Source: an uncultured Solirubrobacterales bacterium
Lineage (GTDB): Bacteria > Actinomycetota > Thermoleophilia > Solirubrobacterales > 70-9
NCBI GenBank assembly: GCA_963718755.1
Contig: OY970376.1
Span: 527,673-591,672 of the forward strand
Direction of reading: 5' to 3'
DNA length: 64,000 nucleotides
Shown: piece by piece, positions 16,825-25,988 of the stretch
How the letters are laid out: every line of letters starts with the position of its first letter
How positions within the stretch are numbered: position 1 is the stretch's first letter
The notes under the pieces: generated by a model
What the model was told of the DNA's origin: nothing
The model's input: the letters and a program-made list of their open reading frames with translations, nothing else
Databases searched by the model: none
Program-made: the position numbers and the translations under genes

Positions 16825-19095
16825 TCAGGCAGCCCGCGAAGGAGCTTGCGCGATCGCGGCAGCCTCGCCGAGGGCGCGTCGGTAGCCGCCCGCCAGTTGC
16901 TCCAGTGCCCGCTCCCAGGAACGCCCGCGGGCGCTGCGCATAGCCGCCTCGCCGAGCCGCTGGCGCAGCGTCGCCGAGGAGGCTAGCTGCAGCACCGCTC
17001 CCGCCAGATGGTCGGCGTCGGGACGGCAGAGGATGCCGGTGTGCCGGTTCTCGATCAGCGCCGCCGGCCCGCCCTCGTCAACCGCAACGACGGGCAGACC
17101 GCTGGCGCCGGCCTCGAGCACGACCTGCCCGTAGGTGTCCGTGCGCGAGCAGAAGAGGAAGAGGTCGGCGCTGGCATAGGCGCGGGCAAGGTCATCGCCT
17201 TCGAGCCAACCGAGGAACGTCGCGTGCTCGCCCAGACAAGCGCGCAGCTCACCTTCCTCCGGGCCGCCGCCGGCCAGCAGGAGGTGCAGGCGCGGCTCGA
17301 CCCGGCGTGCCCGCAGGAAGCTCTCGGCGAGCAGGTCGACCCCCTTCTCGCTGGTCAGGCGCCCCGCGTAGAGGACCCTCAGCTCACCTGGGTAAGCGCC
17401 GCGCTCGGCCTTCTCGGGAGCGAAGCGGGCCACGTCGACACCGCGCTCCCAACGGTCGATCCGGTCCTCCCCTAGACCGAAGCCAAGCAGCGAACGGTCC
17501 GCTGCCGGGCTTGGCGAGAGAACTCGCGAGGGAGCCGTGTAGAAGGCACCGAGGGCCGTCCTGGATATCGCCTCGAGACCACCGTCGCGGCTGCGCAGAC
17601 CGGCATATGCAGCGAGCTCGGTGTGGTAGCTGGCGACGAGCGGCGTGCCCGAGACGCGGCTTAGCAACGAGGCGGTGACGCCGGCGGGGCCAGGCGCGGT
17701 CACATGGACGAGGTCATAGCGCCCCTCGGCCAGCGTCTCGGCGAGGTCTGGCAGGCCCGGCACGCCAAGCGTCATGCCCGCGTAGAAGGGAACTTGCAGC
17801 GTCGTGGCGGCGGGAAGTCGCCGGTCGACGCCGGGATCCGTACCGACCACCTCGACTTCGAAGCCCGGCACCCCCCGCTCGCGGATCTGCTCGATCGTGT
17901 GGGTGACGCCGTGCATCGCCTCGATCCCGTCGGCGATCAGGGCGATGCGCGGTCGCTCGCCGTAACGCCCAGCCAGCTTCGACTTCTCGGAGCCGAGGAA
18001 GACGGTTGGCGGCGCGTAGGGGATCGCCGGCAGCAGCGCCTCGAAGAGCCCACCCACGGCCGCGCCAATATCGCCATTGGCCACTGCCGTTGACCCCTGC
18101 TCAATCGCAGCGCGCAAACGGCGATCGTGGATGCGACGGGCGCGGCGGTAGAGGTCGGCGTGTGAGAACTCCTCTGACTGCAGGTGGTCAATCAGCTCCC
18201 GTCCGCGCAGCTCGACCCCGATCGAGCGCAGCCAGGAATCGAGCAGGGCACGAGCGTCATCGGGGCCGATGTCCGCCGCGATCGCCCCCTCCCGCGCGGC
18301 GCCCTGGCCGACCACGCGCTGCGCGATCTTCAGCACCGTGGCCGGATCGGGAGCGCCGTCGCCAGCGGCGGTCTGGTCGAGCGCCAGCGCACGGGTTGCC
18401 AGCGCCATCGCGGCATGCGCCCACTTTGCGGCGCTGCCCTGTTCGCCTGCCGCCGCCGCGGTGCCGGCGCGGAGGTGGGCGAGAAGCTCTTCCGGCGTGG
18501 AGGCATCGGGCACCTCGGTCCAGGTGCGGCCGATGTCCACGCCGGCGTGGTCGTCGGAGCCGCCGACCCCTGTGCTGCCGTGCGTTTCGACGTAGATCAC
18601 GGCAGGCATGTTGAGCTCCGGCGCCCGCGACCCGTTGCGGACCTCCCAGACCGGGAAGAGCTCGGCGAGCCGACGGCGGTGGCGCGGCGTGAGCGGCGGC
18701 GCCACGTCATAGAAAGGATGCGCCAGGGCGCAGGCAATCTCGCCCTCGCGAAGGTATGCGGCGCAGGCCTCTACGTCGCCGGCATGTGCCTGCAGCCACT
18801 CGTGGTCCCCGGGAGTGATCCCGTAGCAAAGGACGTGAACCGCCTGGGGCTCGCCGGCGAAGCGGGCGGTCAGCTCCTCGGAGACGAAGCAGTCGGGACG
18901 ATCGGCCAGCTCCAAACAGCCGTCGATCGTGTCGTGGTCGGTGATCGTGACGAAGTCCATCCCCCGCCGCTTCGCCAATTCGTAGACCTCCTCGGGCGGC
19001 GTCGCGCACTCGGGCAGTCCGAGCGAGCGCTGAACTCCGAGGCGCGAAAGCTGCGAGGCGGTGGAGTGGCAATGCAGGTCAACTCGGGAGGTCAT
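16825..19095 (-). CDS. Fusion protein: N-terminal PHP phosphoesterase domain + C-terminal GT4 (group 1) glycosyltransferase
   Basis: PHP motifs VDLHCHSTAS, ITDHDT, GGSDDHAG in the first ~200 aa. C-terminal GT-B motifs LRVLYAGRLTSEKGV and YGQVVLEAGASGLPVVAVDEGGPAALIE. Confidence 0.8.
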   Translation of the reverse strand: MTSRVDLHCHSTASQLSRLGVQRSLGLPECATPPEEVYELAKRRGMDFVTITDHDTIDGCLELADRPDCFVSEELTARFAGEPQAVHVLCYGITPGDHEWLQAHAGDVEACAAYLREGEIACALAHPFYDVAPPLTPRHRRRLAELFPVWEVRNGSRAPELNMPAVIYVETHGSTGVGGSDDHAGVDIGRTWTEVPDASTPEELLAHLRAGTAAAAGEQGSAAKWAHAAMALATRALALDQTAAGDGAPDPATVLKIAQRVVGQGAAREGAIAADIGPDDARALLDSWLRSIGVELRGRELIDHLQSEEFSHADLYRRARRIHDRRLRAAIEQGSTAVANGDIGAAVGGLFEALLPAIPYAPPTVFLGSEKSKLAGRYGERPRIALIADGIEAMHGVTHTIEQIRERGVPGFEVEVVGTDPGVDRRLPAATTLQVPFYAGMTLGVPGLPDLAETLAEGRYDLVHVTAPGPAGVTASLLSRVSGTPLVASYHTELAAYAGLRSRDGGLEAISRTALGAFYTAPSRVLSPSPAADRSLLGFGLGEDRIDRWERGVDVARFAPEKAERGAYPGELRVLYAGRLTSEKGVDLLAESFLRARRVEPRLHLLLAGGGPEEGELRACLGEHATFLGWLEGDDLARAYASADLFLFCSRTDTYGQVVLEAGASGLPVVAVDEGGPAALIENRHTGILCRPDADHLAGAVLQLASSATLRQRLGEAAMRSARGRSWERALEQLAGGYRRALGEAAAIAQAPSRAA

Positions 19096-19160
19096 CGGTG
19101 CCTTCCTCTCTATCTATCGATCAGGTCTCCTCCAGATTCCTCGCCGAGCAGGGAAAATGT

Positions 19161-19199
19161 GTGAACCAGCGGGGAAAACGCGGTGAACATCCCGTGAAC
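19161..19199 (-). promoter_or_regulatory. PHO-box-like 11-bp phased direct repeats upstream of the PHP-GT4/ppk unit
   Basis: Plus-strand GTGAAC at 19161, 19183 and 19194, with degenerate GGGAAA at 19172. On the gene strand this reads GTTCACGGGAT-GTTCACCGCGT-TTTCCCCGCTG-GTTCAC, 66-105 nt upstream of the start codon. Confidence 0.6.
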
Positions 19200-19222
19200 G
19201 CAGGCGGAGAGACGACCGCTGC

Positions 19223-20146
19223 CTAGGCAGCGAGGCGGGCCGGCGAGGAGCCGTTGGCGTTGCCGTTGAGCAGGTCGAGGATCACGCCCTCGCGCAGGCC
19301 GCCCTTGCCGATCTGCAGCGGCTGGCCAAGCAGCTCGGAGAGCTTCTCCAGCAGCAGCACCCCAGTGGCCAGGATCCGCACCCGTTCGGGATCGAGCTCG
19401 AAGCGTCGCGCGACGTCGGCCGCCGGGTCGCTGCAGAGGACCCGCACCCCCCGCTCGAGCGTCTCGTACTCCAGCACCGCGCCGACCAGGCGACGCAGCG
19501 AGGTGGCGCTGCCACCGACGGCGACAGCCTGGACGGGCTGCTTGACCTCCACCCCGGCGAAGAGATCGTCGATGCGGTCGCGGATCTTGCGGATCTCCGC
19601 CGCCGAAGGCGGGTCGGAGGCGATCAGCTCATCGGCAAGCACGCCGGAGCCGACGCGCCAGGAACGAACCTCCTGCACCCCACCCGGGACCATGCCGAGA
19701 ATGATCTCGGTCGAGCCACCGCCAACGTCGACGACGCCGACAAGCCCCTCGACCGGATGGCCGAGCGTCTTGGTGGCGCCGATGAAGGAGAGCCGCCCCT
19801 CCTCCTCGTCGCTGAGGACGTCAACCGGCACACCGGACTCCTCGCCGATCTCCCCCGCCACAGCCTCGCCGTTGCTCGCCTCGCGGATCGCAGCGGTAGC
19901 AACCGCGCGGATCGTCTCCGCTCCCAGCTCCCGAGCAAGCCGCACCTGGGTCGCCACGACCCCGGCCACTTCGGACGCCTTCTCGGCCGGGATCTCACCC
20001 GAATCCCGGATCGCCTTGTTGATCCGCGTATAGGCCCGCTGCTCCATCACCTTCTTCAACTGCCCATCCACTGGCTCCGCCACGAGCAAGCGCGTCGTAT
20101 TCGAACCAATATCTATGGCGGCGCAAAGCATCGCGAGGTGGCTCAC
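19223..20146 (-). CDS. ppx: Exopolyphosphatase / Ppx-GppA family phosphatase
   Basis: AAIDIGSNTTRLLVAE and VDVGGGSTE ASKHA-fold motifs. Confidence 0.9.
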   Translation of the reverse strand: MSHLAMLCAAIDIGSNTTRLLVAEPVDGQLKKVMEQRAYTRINKAIRDSGEIPAEKASEVAGVVATQVRLARELGAETIRAVATAAIREASNGEAVAGEIGEESGVPVDVLSDEEEGRLSFIGATKTLGHPVEGLVGVVDVGGGSTEIILGMVPGGVQEVRSWRVGSGVLADELIASDPPSAAEIRKIRDRIDDLFAGVEVKQPVQAVAVGGSATSLRRLVGAVLEYETLERGVRVLCSDPAADVARRFELDPERVRILATGVLLLEKLSELLGQPLQIGKGGLREGVILDLLNGNANGSSPARLAA

Positions 20147-20186
20147 ATATTCCCAAGCTCGTCGGATCTCAACCCCGGAGCAACGC

Positions 20187-20295
20187 GCGGGTGTGCGGGG
20201 TGTCCCCCTGCGGAAACATTGGAGCCCTCCCCCGGTAAGAACCCGTAAGGCCGCTCCTATGCGGGTTTACGCAGGGGGACACCCCGCACACCCGC
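20187..20295. repeat. Family-2 nested palindromic element, copy X1
   Basis: Perfect 26-bp inverted repeat (20187-20212 / 20270-20295) enclosing an inner GAACCCG/CGGGTT stem. It fills most of the phoU-ppx spacer and is related to 27145-27242. Confidence 0.85.
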
Positions 20296-20994
20296 CTACT
20301 GATTCGGGTGAGACGCGTCCTCGAACTCGCGAAACAACCCCGTGACGACGAAGGCAACCTGCTCGCCGATGTCAACCGCGTTGTCGGCAATCCGCTCGAT
20401 CGCGCGCGCCGACAAGAGCATCGTCATTGCCCACTCGCGACTGTCGAGATCGTCACCGATCTCCAGCGCCAGACGGAAGCAATCGCGGTTGAGGTTGTCG
20501 ACGACGTCGTCTTGCCGGACCAGGTCGCGCGCCATCTCGACGTTGCGCTCCTCGAAGGCGCGCTTCGACTGGCTGATCAGGGTGCGGGTCTGACGACCCA
20601 TGGTCAGGATCAGCTTCACCATCTCTGGGTCGGCCGGTGGCTCGTTGCCGGTCAGCGGGATCAGCTTGCAGATGTTCACGCACTGGTCGCCCATCCGCTC
20701 GACGTTCTTCAGCACATGGAGCAGGGCCGAGATCAAGCGCAGGTCGGTTGCAACGGGTGACTGCGTGGCGAGCAACGTGATCAGCGCCTGGTGCACCTCC
20801 AGGTAGCGGCCGTCGATGCGGTCGTCGTCGGCGATTACCAGTTGCGCCAGCTCGACGTCCTGCTGCTCGACGGCTTCCAGGGTCCGCCCAAGCGCGCCTG
20901 TGACCAAGTCGAGGCCGCCGAGGGCGCTTGCCTCGAGCTTTTCCAGCTCCTCCTGGTATTGCACCCTGGTCTGCGCGGGCATCCGCGCCGTCAC
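20296..20994 (-). CDS. phoU: Phosphate signalling complex protein PhoU
   Basis: Two PhoU repeats ([26 protein letters not shown]). 4-nt overlap with pstB. Confidence 0.9.
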   Translation of the reverse strand: MTARMPAQTRVQYQEELEKLEASALGGLDLVTGALGRTLEAVEQQDVELAQLVIADDDRIDGRYLEVHQALITLLATQSPVATDLRLISALLHVLKNVERMGDQCVNICKLIPLTGNEPPADPEMVKLILTMGRQTRTLISQSKRAFEERNVEMARDLVRQDDVVDNLNRDCFRLALEIGDDLDSREWAMTMLLSARAIERIADNAVDIGEQVAFVVTGLFREFEDASHPNQ

Positions 20995-21896
20995 CCGACT
21001 TTGCCCGAGACGTAGTCCTCGGTGCGCTTGTCGGTCGGGTTGGTGAAGATCTTCTCGGTCTCGTCGTACTCGACCAGGCGGCCCCAGCGGTTGTCCTCGT
21101 CGGCGTCCAGCTCGACCATCAGGAAGGCCGTCCGATCCGAGACGCGCGCCGCCTGCTGCATGTTGTGGGTGACGATCACGATCGAGAACTCCTTCTTCAG
21201 CTCGATCATCAGATCCTCGATCTTGCCGGTCGAGATCGGGTCGAGCGCCGAGCAGGGCTCGTCCATCAGGATCGTGTCGGGGTTGACCGCGATGCAGCGG
21301 GCGATGCAGAGACGCTGCTGCTGGCCGCCGGAGAGGCCGAAGGCGTTGTCATCGAGGCGGTCCTTCACCTCCCCCCACAGCGCCGCCCCCCGCAGGGCCT
21401 CCTCGACCGTCTGGTCGAGATCGTCCTTCTGGCCGAGGATGCGGGGACCGAAGGCGACGTTGTCGTAGATCGACTTCGGGAAGGGGTTCGGTTTCTGAAA
21501 GACCATCCCGATCAGCTTGCGGACCTGGACGGGGTCGACCGTCGGGCCGTAGAGATCCTCGCCGTGGTAGAGCAGCTCCCCCTGGACTTCGGCGCCGGGG
21601 ACAAGATCGTTCATCCGGTTGAAGCAGCGCAGCAGCGTGCTCTTGCCGCAGCCGGAGGGCCCGATGAGCGCAGTCACGTCGTTGCGATGGATGTCCATCG
21701 AGATGTCCCTGACGGCGGTCACGCCGCTGTAGAGGACGCCGGCGCCCTTCAACTCGAAGACCTTCTCCCGCTTGCCCGCTGCGCCGTGCTGGAACTCCTG
21801 GGGCCGCACCGCGATCCCGGCTCGATCCGCCGCGGCTTCCCGCGCCTCGCGCCCCGTCTCGGCTCTACTCTCGTCCTGGGCCATCCGCTCGCTCAC
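20991..21896 (-). CDS. pstB: Phosphate ABC transporter ATP-binding protein PstB
   Basis: [36 protein letters not shown]. The N-terminal ~40 aa are an extension, so the start is uncertain. Confidence 0.9.
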   Translation of the reverse strand: MSERMAQDESRAETGREAREAAADRAGIAVRPQEFQHGAAGKREKVFELKGAGVLYSGVTAVRDISMDIHRNDVTALIGPSGCGKSTLLRCFNRMNDLVPGAEVQGELLYHGEDLYGPTVDPVQVRKLIGMVFQKPNPFPKSIYDNVAFGPRILGQKDDLDQTVEEALRGAALWGEVKDRLDDNAFGLSGGQQQRLCIARCIAVNPDTILMDEPCSALDPISTGKIEDLMIELKKEFSIVIVTHNMQQAARVSDRTAFLMVELDADEDNRWGRLVEYDETEKIFTNPTDKRTEDYVSGKVG

Positions 21897-21906
21897 AATA
21901 GTTCAC

Positions 21907-22848
21907 CTACCACCTCTGCTCGTAACGATTTCGTAGCCAGACCGCGACCGAGTTCATCGCCAGCAGCACGACCAGCATCACGATGATTCCCGCCGCAGCC
22001 AACGCCTGGAACTCCTCCTGCGGCCGCGTGGCGTAGTTGTAGATCTGCACCGGCAGCGCCGAGTAGCCACCGCTGAGCGGCTCTGGATCGAAGGTGACGA
22101 ACGCGGCGGCGCCGACCAGCAGCAGCGGCGCCGCCTCCCCCAGGGCTCGCGAGACCGCGAGGATGATCCCGGTGGTGATGCCGGGAATCGAAGCGGGCAA
22201 GACCTGCCTGCGAATCGTCTGCCACTGAGTGGCGCCGAGAGCGAGTGAACCCTGGCGGATTGAGTCGGGAACCGCGCGGATTGCCTCACGGGCGGCGATG
22301 ATCACCATCGGCAGCACCAGCAGCGCCAGGGTCAGCGAGCCGGCGGCGAGAACGAAGCCGAGACTGAGTGGCCCGCGCACGATGAAGCCGAGCCCGAGGA
22401 TGCCGTAGATGATCGAGGGCACGGCGGCAAGGTTCTGGATGTTGATCTCGATCAGGCGGTTCCACCAGCGAGTCTTGTCCGCGTACTCCTCAAGGTAAAG
22501 CGCGGCGCCGACCCCAATCGGCACGACGAAGAGGATCACGCCGGCGATCAGCTCCAACGAGCCGATGATCGCCGGACGGAAGCCCGCGCTCTCGGGACGG
22601 ATCGACGAGGGCCCCTCGGTGATCAGGTCGGTGCTGAGCGCCGGCGCTCCTTTGACGAAAGCCTGGACGAGCAGCGCGATCAACCCCGCCAGGGCGATCA
22701 CGATCGCCAGCATCAGCAGCGCGGCGAAGAGCACGTTGCGGATGACGTCACCCCGCGGCTGGTTGCTCAGCATCGCCCGCGTCGTCGCCCGGGCGCCGGC
22801 GACCGCCAGCCGGTTGCGCGGTGCGGCTGCGCCCGGCTCGGCCATCAC
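21907..22848 (-). CDS. pstA: Phosphate ABC transporter permease PstA
   Basis: Polytopic permease with an EAA-type loop (REAIRAVPDSIRQGSLALGAT) in pstSCAB order. Confidence 0.9.
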   Translation of the reverse strand: MMAEPGAAAPRNRLAVAGARATTRAMLSNQPRGDVIRNVLFAALLMLAIVIALAGLIALLVQAFVKGAPALSTDLITEGPSSIRPESAGFRPAIIGSLELIAGVILFVVPIGVGAALYLEEYADKTRWWNRLIEINIQNLAAVPSIIYGILGLGFIVRGPLSLGFVLAAGSLTLALLVLPMVIIAAREAIRAVPDSIRQGSLALGATQWQTIRRQVLPASIPGITTGIILAVSRALGEAAPLLLVGAAAFVTFDPEPLSGGYSALPVQIYNYATRPQEEFQALAAAGIIVMLVVLLAMNSVAVWLRNRYEQRW

Positions 22849-23816
22849 TCGTAGACCTCGCGGTACCTGCGGACCAGCCTGATGCTGATCACGTTCATCA
22901 CCAGGGTGATCAAGAAGAGCAGCGTGCCAACCGCAAAGACCGATTTGTAGCTGATCGAGCCAGCGGGGATGTCGCCCGTCGCGGTAACGGCAATGTAGGA
23001 GGTCATGGCTTGTATCGCCTCAACCGGATTGAGGGTGAAGTTCGGGGTTGACCCGGCGGCAAGGACGACGATCATCGTCTCGCCGACGGCGCGCGAGATC
23101 GCCAGCACGATCGAGGCGACGATGCCGGAGAGCGCCGCCGGGAAGACGACTTTCGTGGACACCTCCATCTTCGTCGCGCCCATCGCGTAGGCGCCTTCGC
23201 GCAGGCCGCGGGGGACAGCGGACATCGCGTCCTCGGAGATCGAGGCGATGATCGGCACGATCATCAGGCCGATGCCGAGCCCGGCAGCGAGGGCCATGAA
23301 CGGTTTGCCGACCGCGCCGCCGAAGAGGTCGCCCGGCCAGAGTGGCTGGATCAGCTCGGGCAGGATGAAGGTGACGGCGAAGAAGCCGATCGCCACAGTT
23401 GGGATTCCGGCGAGGATCTCGAGGGTCGGCTTGAGCGTTTTGCGCACCCGTGGAGCCGCGTACTCACTGAGGTAGATCGCCGACCCGAGGCCGATCGGGA
23501 TCGCGAACAGCATCGCCCAAAGGGTGACGTTGAGGGTGCCGGCGACGATCGCCAGCACGCCAAAGCTGGGTGGCTCGAACTGGGGGGTCCAGTCGGTGCC
23601 GAAGAGGAAATCGCCGATCGGGACGACTTCGAAGAAGCCGATCGTCGGTCCGACCAGGGAGATGACGATTGCGGTCGTGGTCAGCACCGAGAGGATGCCG
23701 CAGAGAGCGAGGACTCCCTGGATCGCCTTCTCGCCGTAACGACGGCTCGGCGCCTGGAGCCGGCCGGGGCCTCCCCCGGCCGGCTCCAGAGCCGTCTTGC
23801 CGCCGTTGCCGCTCAC
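22845..23816 (-). CDS. pstC: Phosphate ABC transporter permease PstC
   Basis: Polytopic permease with an EAA-type loop (ISEDAMSAVPRGLREGAYAMGAT). 4-nt overlap with pstA. Confidence 0.9.
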   Translation of the reverse strand: MSGNGGKTALEPAGGGPGRLQAPSRRYGEKAIQGVLALCGILSVLTTTAIVISLVGPTIGFFEVVPIGDFLFGTDWTPQFEPPSFGVLAIVAGTLNVTLWAMLFAIPIGLGSAIYLSEYAAPRVRKTLKPTLEILAGIPTVAIGFFAVTFILPELIQPLWPGDLFGGAVGKPFMALAAGLGIGLMIVPIIASISEDAMSAVPRGLREGAYAMGATKMEVSTKVVFPAALSGIVASIVLAISRAVGETMIVVLAAGSTPNFTLNPVEAIQAMTSYIAVTATGDIPAGSISYKSVFAVGTLLFLITLVMNVISIRLVRRYREVYE

Positions 23817-23831
23817 AAGCCGCGGATGGCG

Positions 23832-24791
23832 CTAGGCGCCGGCCTTTTCTGCTGCCGTCTTTGACTCTTCGAGCTGCTCTTCGGTCAGGGGGATGAAGCC
23901 CACCGCTTCGGCGATGTCGTTGACGTTGTCGAGGTAGTAGTCGACAAACGCCTTGACCTCCGGCTTCTTCAGCGCAGCGTCGCTCGGATAGATCAGGAGC
24001 GGCCGGCTGAGCGGCGTGTAGGAACCGTCCTGGGCCGTTTCGACCGAGGGGCCGACGCAGCCCTTGCCGTCGTCGATTTCGAGCGCTTTGAGCTTGCCTT
24101 CGTTCTCCGTGTAGTAGGAGAAGCCGGCGTAGCCCATGCCGCCTGGAGCACCCTCGACACCGGTGACGGTGGCGTTGTCGTTCTCGCCGACGTTGTTGTA
24201 GTCCTTGCGGGTGGCGCCCTCTTCACCGTTGATTTCCTCGGTGAAGTAGTCGAAGGTGCCGGAGTCGGTGCCAGGACCAAAGAGCGCCAGCTCCTCGTCG
24301 AACTCCTCTTTCAGGCCGGGGATTTCACTCCAGTTGGAGATCTTCGAATCCGGGCCCCAGACCGCGCTGAGCTGGTCGACGGTGAGACAGCTGACCGGGT
24401 TCTCGTTGTTGATCATCACGGTCAGTGCGTCGGTGGCGACGTGAACATCCTCGTAGCCGATCCCGCCCTTTTTGCAGGCTTCTTCCTCTTCGGGCTCAAT
24501 CGCGCGCGAGGCGTCGCTGATGTCGGTTTCTCCCGCGCAGAATTTTTCGAAACCGCCGCCGGTGCCGGCGGTCCCTACGGTCACCTTCACGTCCGGGTTT
24601 TCCGCCTGGAATTCCTCGGCGATTGCTTCGGTGAGGGGGGCCACGGTGCTCGATCCGTCGATGCGGATCGAGCCCGAGAGATCGCCGCTTCCGCTACCGC
24701 TCGCTTCGTCATCGCTGTCTCCGCAAGCCGCCACTCCAAGCGCAAGGACGGACACGCAGGCGATGATCGTGAGCCACTTAGAGCTAGTCAC
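23832..24791 (-). CDS. pstS: Phosphate-binding lipoprotein PstS
   Basis: GTG at 24791 preceded by GAAGGAGACAGA. Signal plus lipobox LALGVAACG, and the [12 protein letters not shown] motif typical of PstS. Confidence 0.9.
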   Translation of the reverse strand: MTSSKWLTIIACVSVLALGVAACGDSDDEASGSGSGDLSGSIRIDGSSTVAPLTEAIAEEFQAENPDVKVTVGTAGTGGGFEKFCAGETDISDASRAIEPEEEEACKKGGIGYEDVHVATDALTVMINNENPVSCLTVDQLSAVWGPDSKISNWSEIPGLKEEFDEELALFGPGTDSGTFDYFTEEINGEEGATRKDYNNVGENDNATVTGVEGAPGGMGYAGFSYYTENEGKLKALEIDDGKGCVGPSVETAQDGSYTPLSRPLLIYPSDAALKKPEVKAFVDYYLDNVNDIAEAVGFIPLTEEQLEESKTAAEKAGA

Positions 24792-24895
24792 TCTGTCTCC
24801 TTCTCGTTTGTTCACTCCGGCGGCCGGCAGACGGGCCGGCCTCGGCGCCACCCTCGCAGTGGCCTTCGGGCAGCTTGTTACCCGCCTGTATCGCG

Positions 24896-24917
24896 GATGT
24901 GAAAAAGATGTGAAAAA
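24896..24917 (-). promoter_or_regulatory. PHO-box-like perfect 11-bp tandem repeat upstream of pstS
   Basis: Plus strand GATGTGAAAAA-GATGTGAAAAA. On the gene strand this is TTTTTCACATC x2, 105-126 nt upstream of the pstS start. Confidence 0.65.
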
Positions 24918-24930
24918 GGGACCCCGACGG

Positions 24931-25737
24931 CTACGCGGCGGTGAGGTCGCCGGGTACCGGCTCCAACGCGGTGCTCGGGACAGACGCAGGAGGGGCCAGG
25001 GCAGCGCCGTCGGCGGGCTCTGGGTCGAAGCGGTAGCCGACGCCGAAGTGGGTGTGAATGTAGTCCCAGCTGGGCGAGAGCTTCTCCAGCTTCTGGCGCA
25101 GCTTGCGGATGAAGACGTCGACGGAGCGGTCGCCGTGGGCCATCGCGTATCCCCAGACGCGCTGGTAGATCGCCTCGCGCTCCAGCACCTGCCCCTGGGA
25201 GTCCGCGAGCAGCTGCAACAACTCGAACTCGCGTCGGGTCAGGTCGAGGCTGACTTCGCCGACGAATGCCTGGAAACGGTCGGAGCGGATCTGCAGCTCA
25301 CCGGCGACGAGCGGGCCGGCTTCGACCTGCGGACGGGCCCGGCGACGGCGGCGCGAGACAGCTTCGAGGCGGGCAATCGCCTCTTCGGGATGACAGGGCT
25401 TGTTGATCCAGTCGTCGACACCGAGCCGCAGGCCACGAACCCGCTGCGCCACGGTCGAGCGGCCGGTGCAGACGACGACGCCGAGGTCGGGCAGCATCCC
25501 GCAGATGCGCTCAAGGTACGCCCAGGCGTCGTCACCCAGTACAGCCGGATCGACGAGCAGCGCGTTCAGCTTCATCGCCACCAGCTCCTCCGGCGGGATC
25601 GCCCCCGTCAGCGTTCGCTGCTGCCAGCCGGCTGCCTCGGTGCGCTTCGCCAGCACGGTGACGAAACCGCTGTCATCATCGATGACCGCCAGCCTGATGG
25701 TCTGCTGCGGGTTCACAGGCGAAGCGATTGTATTCAC
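24931..25737 (-). CDS. OmpR/PhoB-family response regulator (no adjacent histidine kinase)
   Basis: Receiver (VIDDD...LLVD...VCTG...NKP) plus winged-helix output ([13 protein letters not shown]...[12 protein letters not shown]...GVGYRF). GTG starts at 25737 or 25716; the track start at 25836 is probably too long. Confidence 0.8.
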   Translation of the reverse strand: MNTIASPVNPQQTIRLAVIDDDSGFVTVLAKRTEAAGWQQRTLTGAIPPEELVAMKLNALLVDPAVLGDDAWAYLERICGMLPDLGVVVCTGRSTVAQRVRGLRLGVDDWINKPCHPEEAIARLEAVSRRRRRARPQVEAGPLVAGELQIRSDRFQAFVGEVSLDLTRREFELLQLLADSQGQVLEREAIYQRVWGYAMAHGDRSVDVFIRKLRQKLEKLSPSWDYIHTHFGVGYRFDPEPADGAALAPPASVPSTALEPVPGDLTAA

Positions 25738-25770
25738 ACAATCCGTCGGACCGCGTGACGAAATCCCTGC

Positions 25771-25797
25771 TTTCACAGGTCTTTCACAAGTGTAAAC
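25771..25797 (+). promoter_or_regulatory. PHO-box-like 11-bp phased repeats in the regulator upstream region
   Basis: CTTTCACAGGT-CTTTCACAAGT-GTAAACCCGTA on the plus strand. TTTCAC at 25771 and 25782. Confidence 0.5.
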
Positions 25798-25988
25798 CCG
25801 TAATTTGCGGGAACGCCGGATCCAAACCGTCTCCAAGCCTTATCGGAATGTTCACCGAGGGCCGCTGCCCAGCGAGCAAGATGGAGCCCTCACGAGACTC
25901 CTCTCTCGTCGCAAACGGCCCGCCTGCCCCGGGCCGTTTGCATTTCCGGAGGGCGCTACCGCCGTCGCCGTGCGCTAGATTCCCGGGC

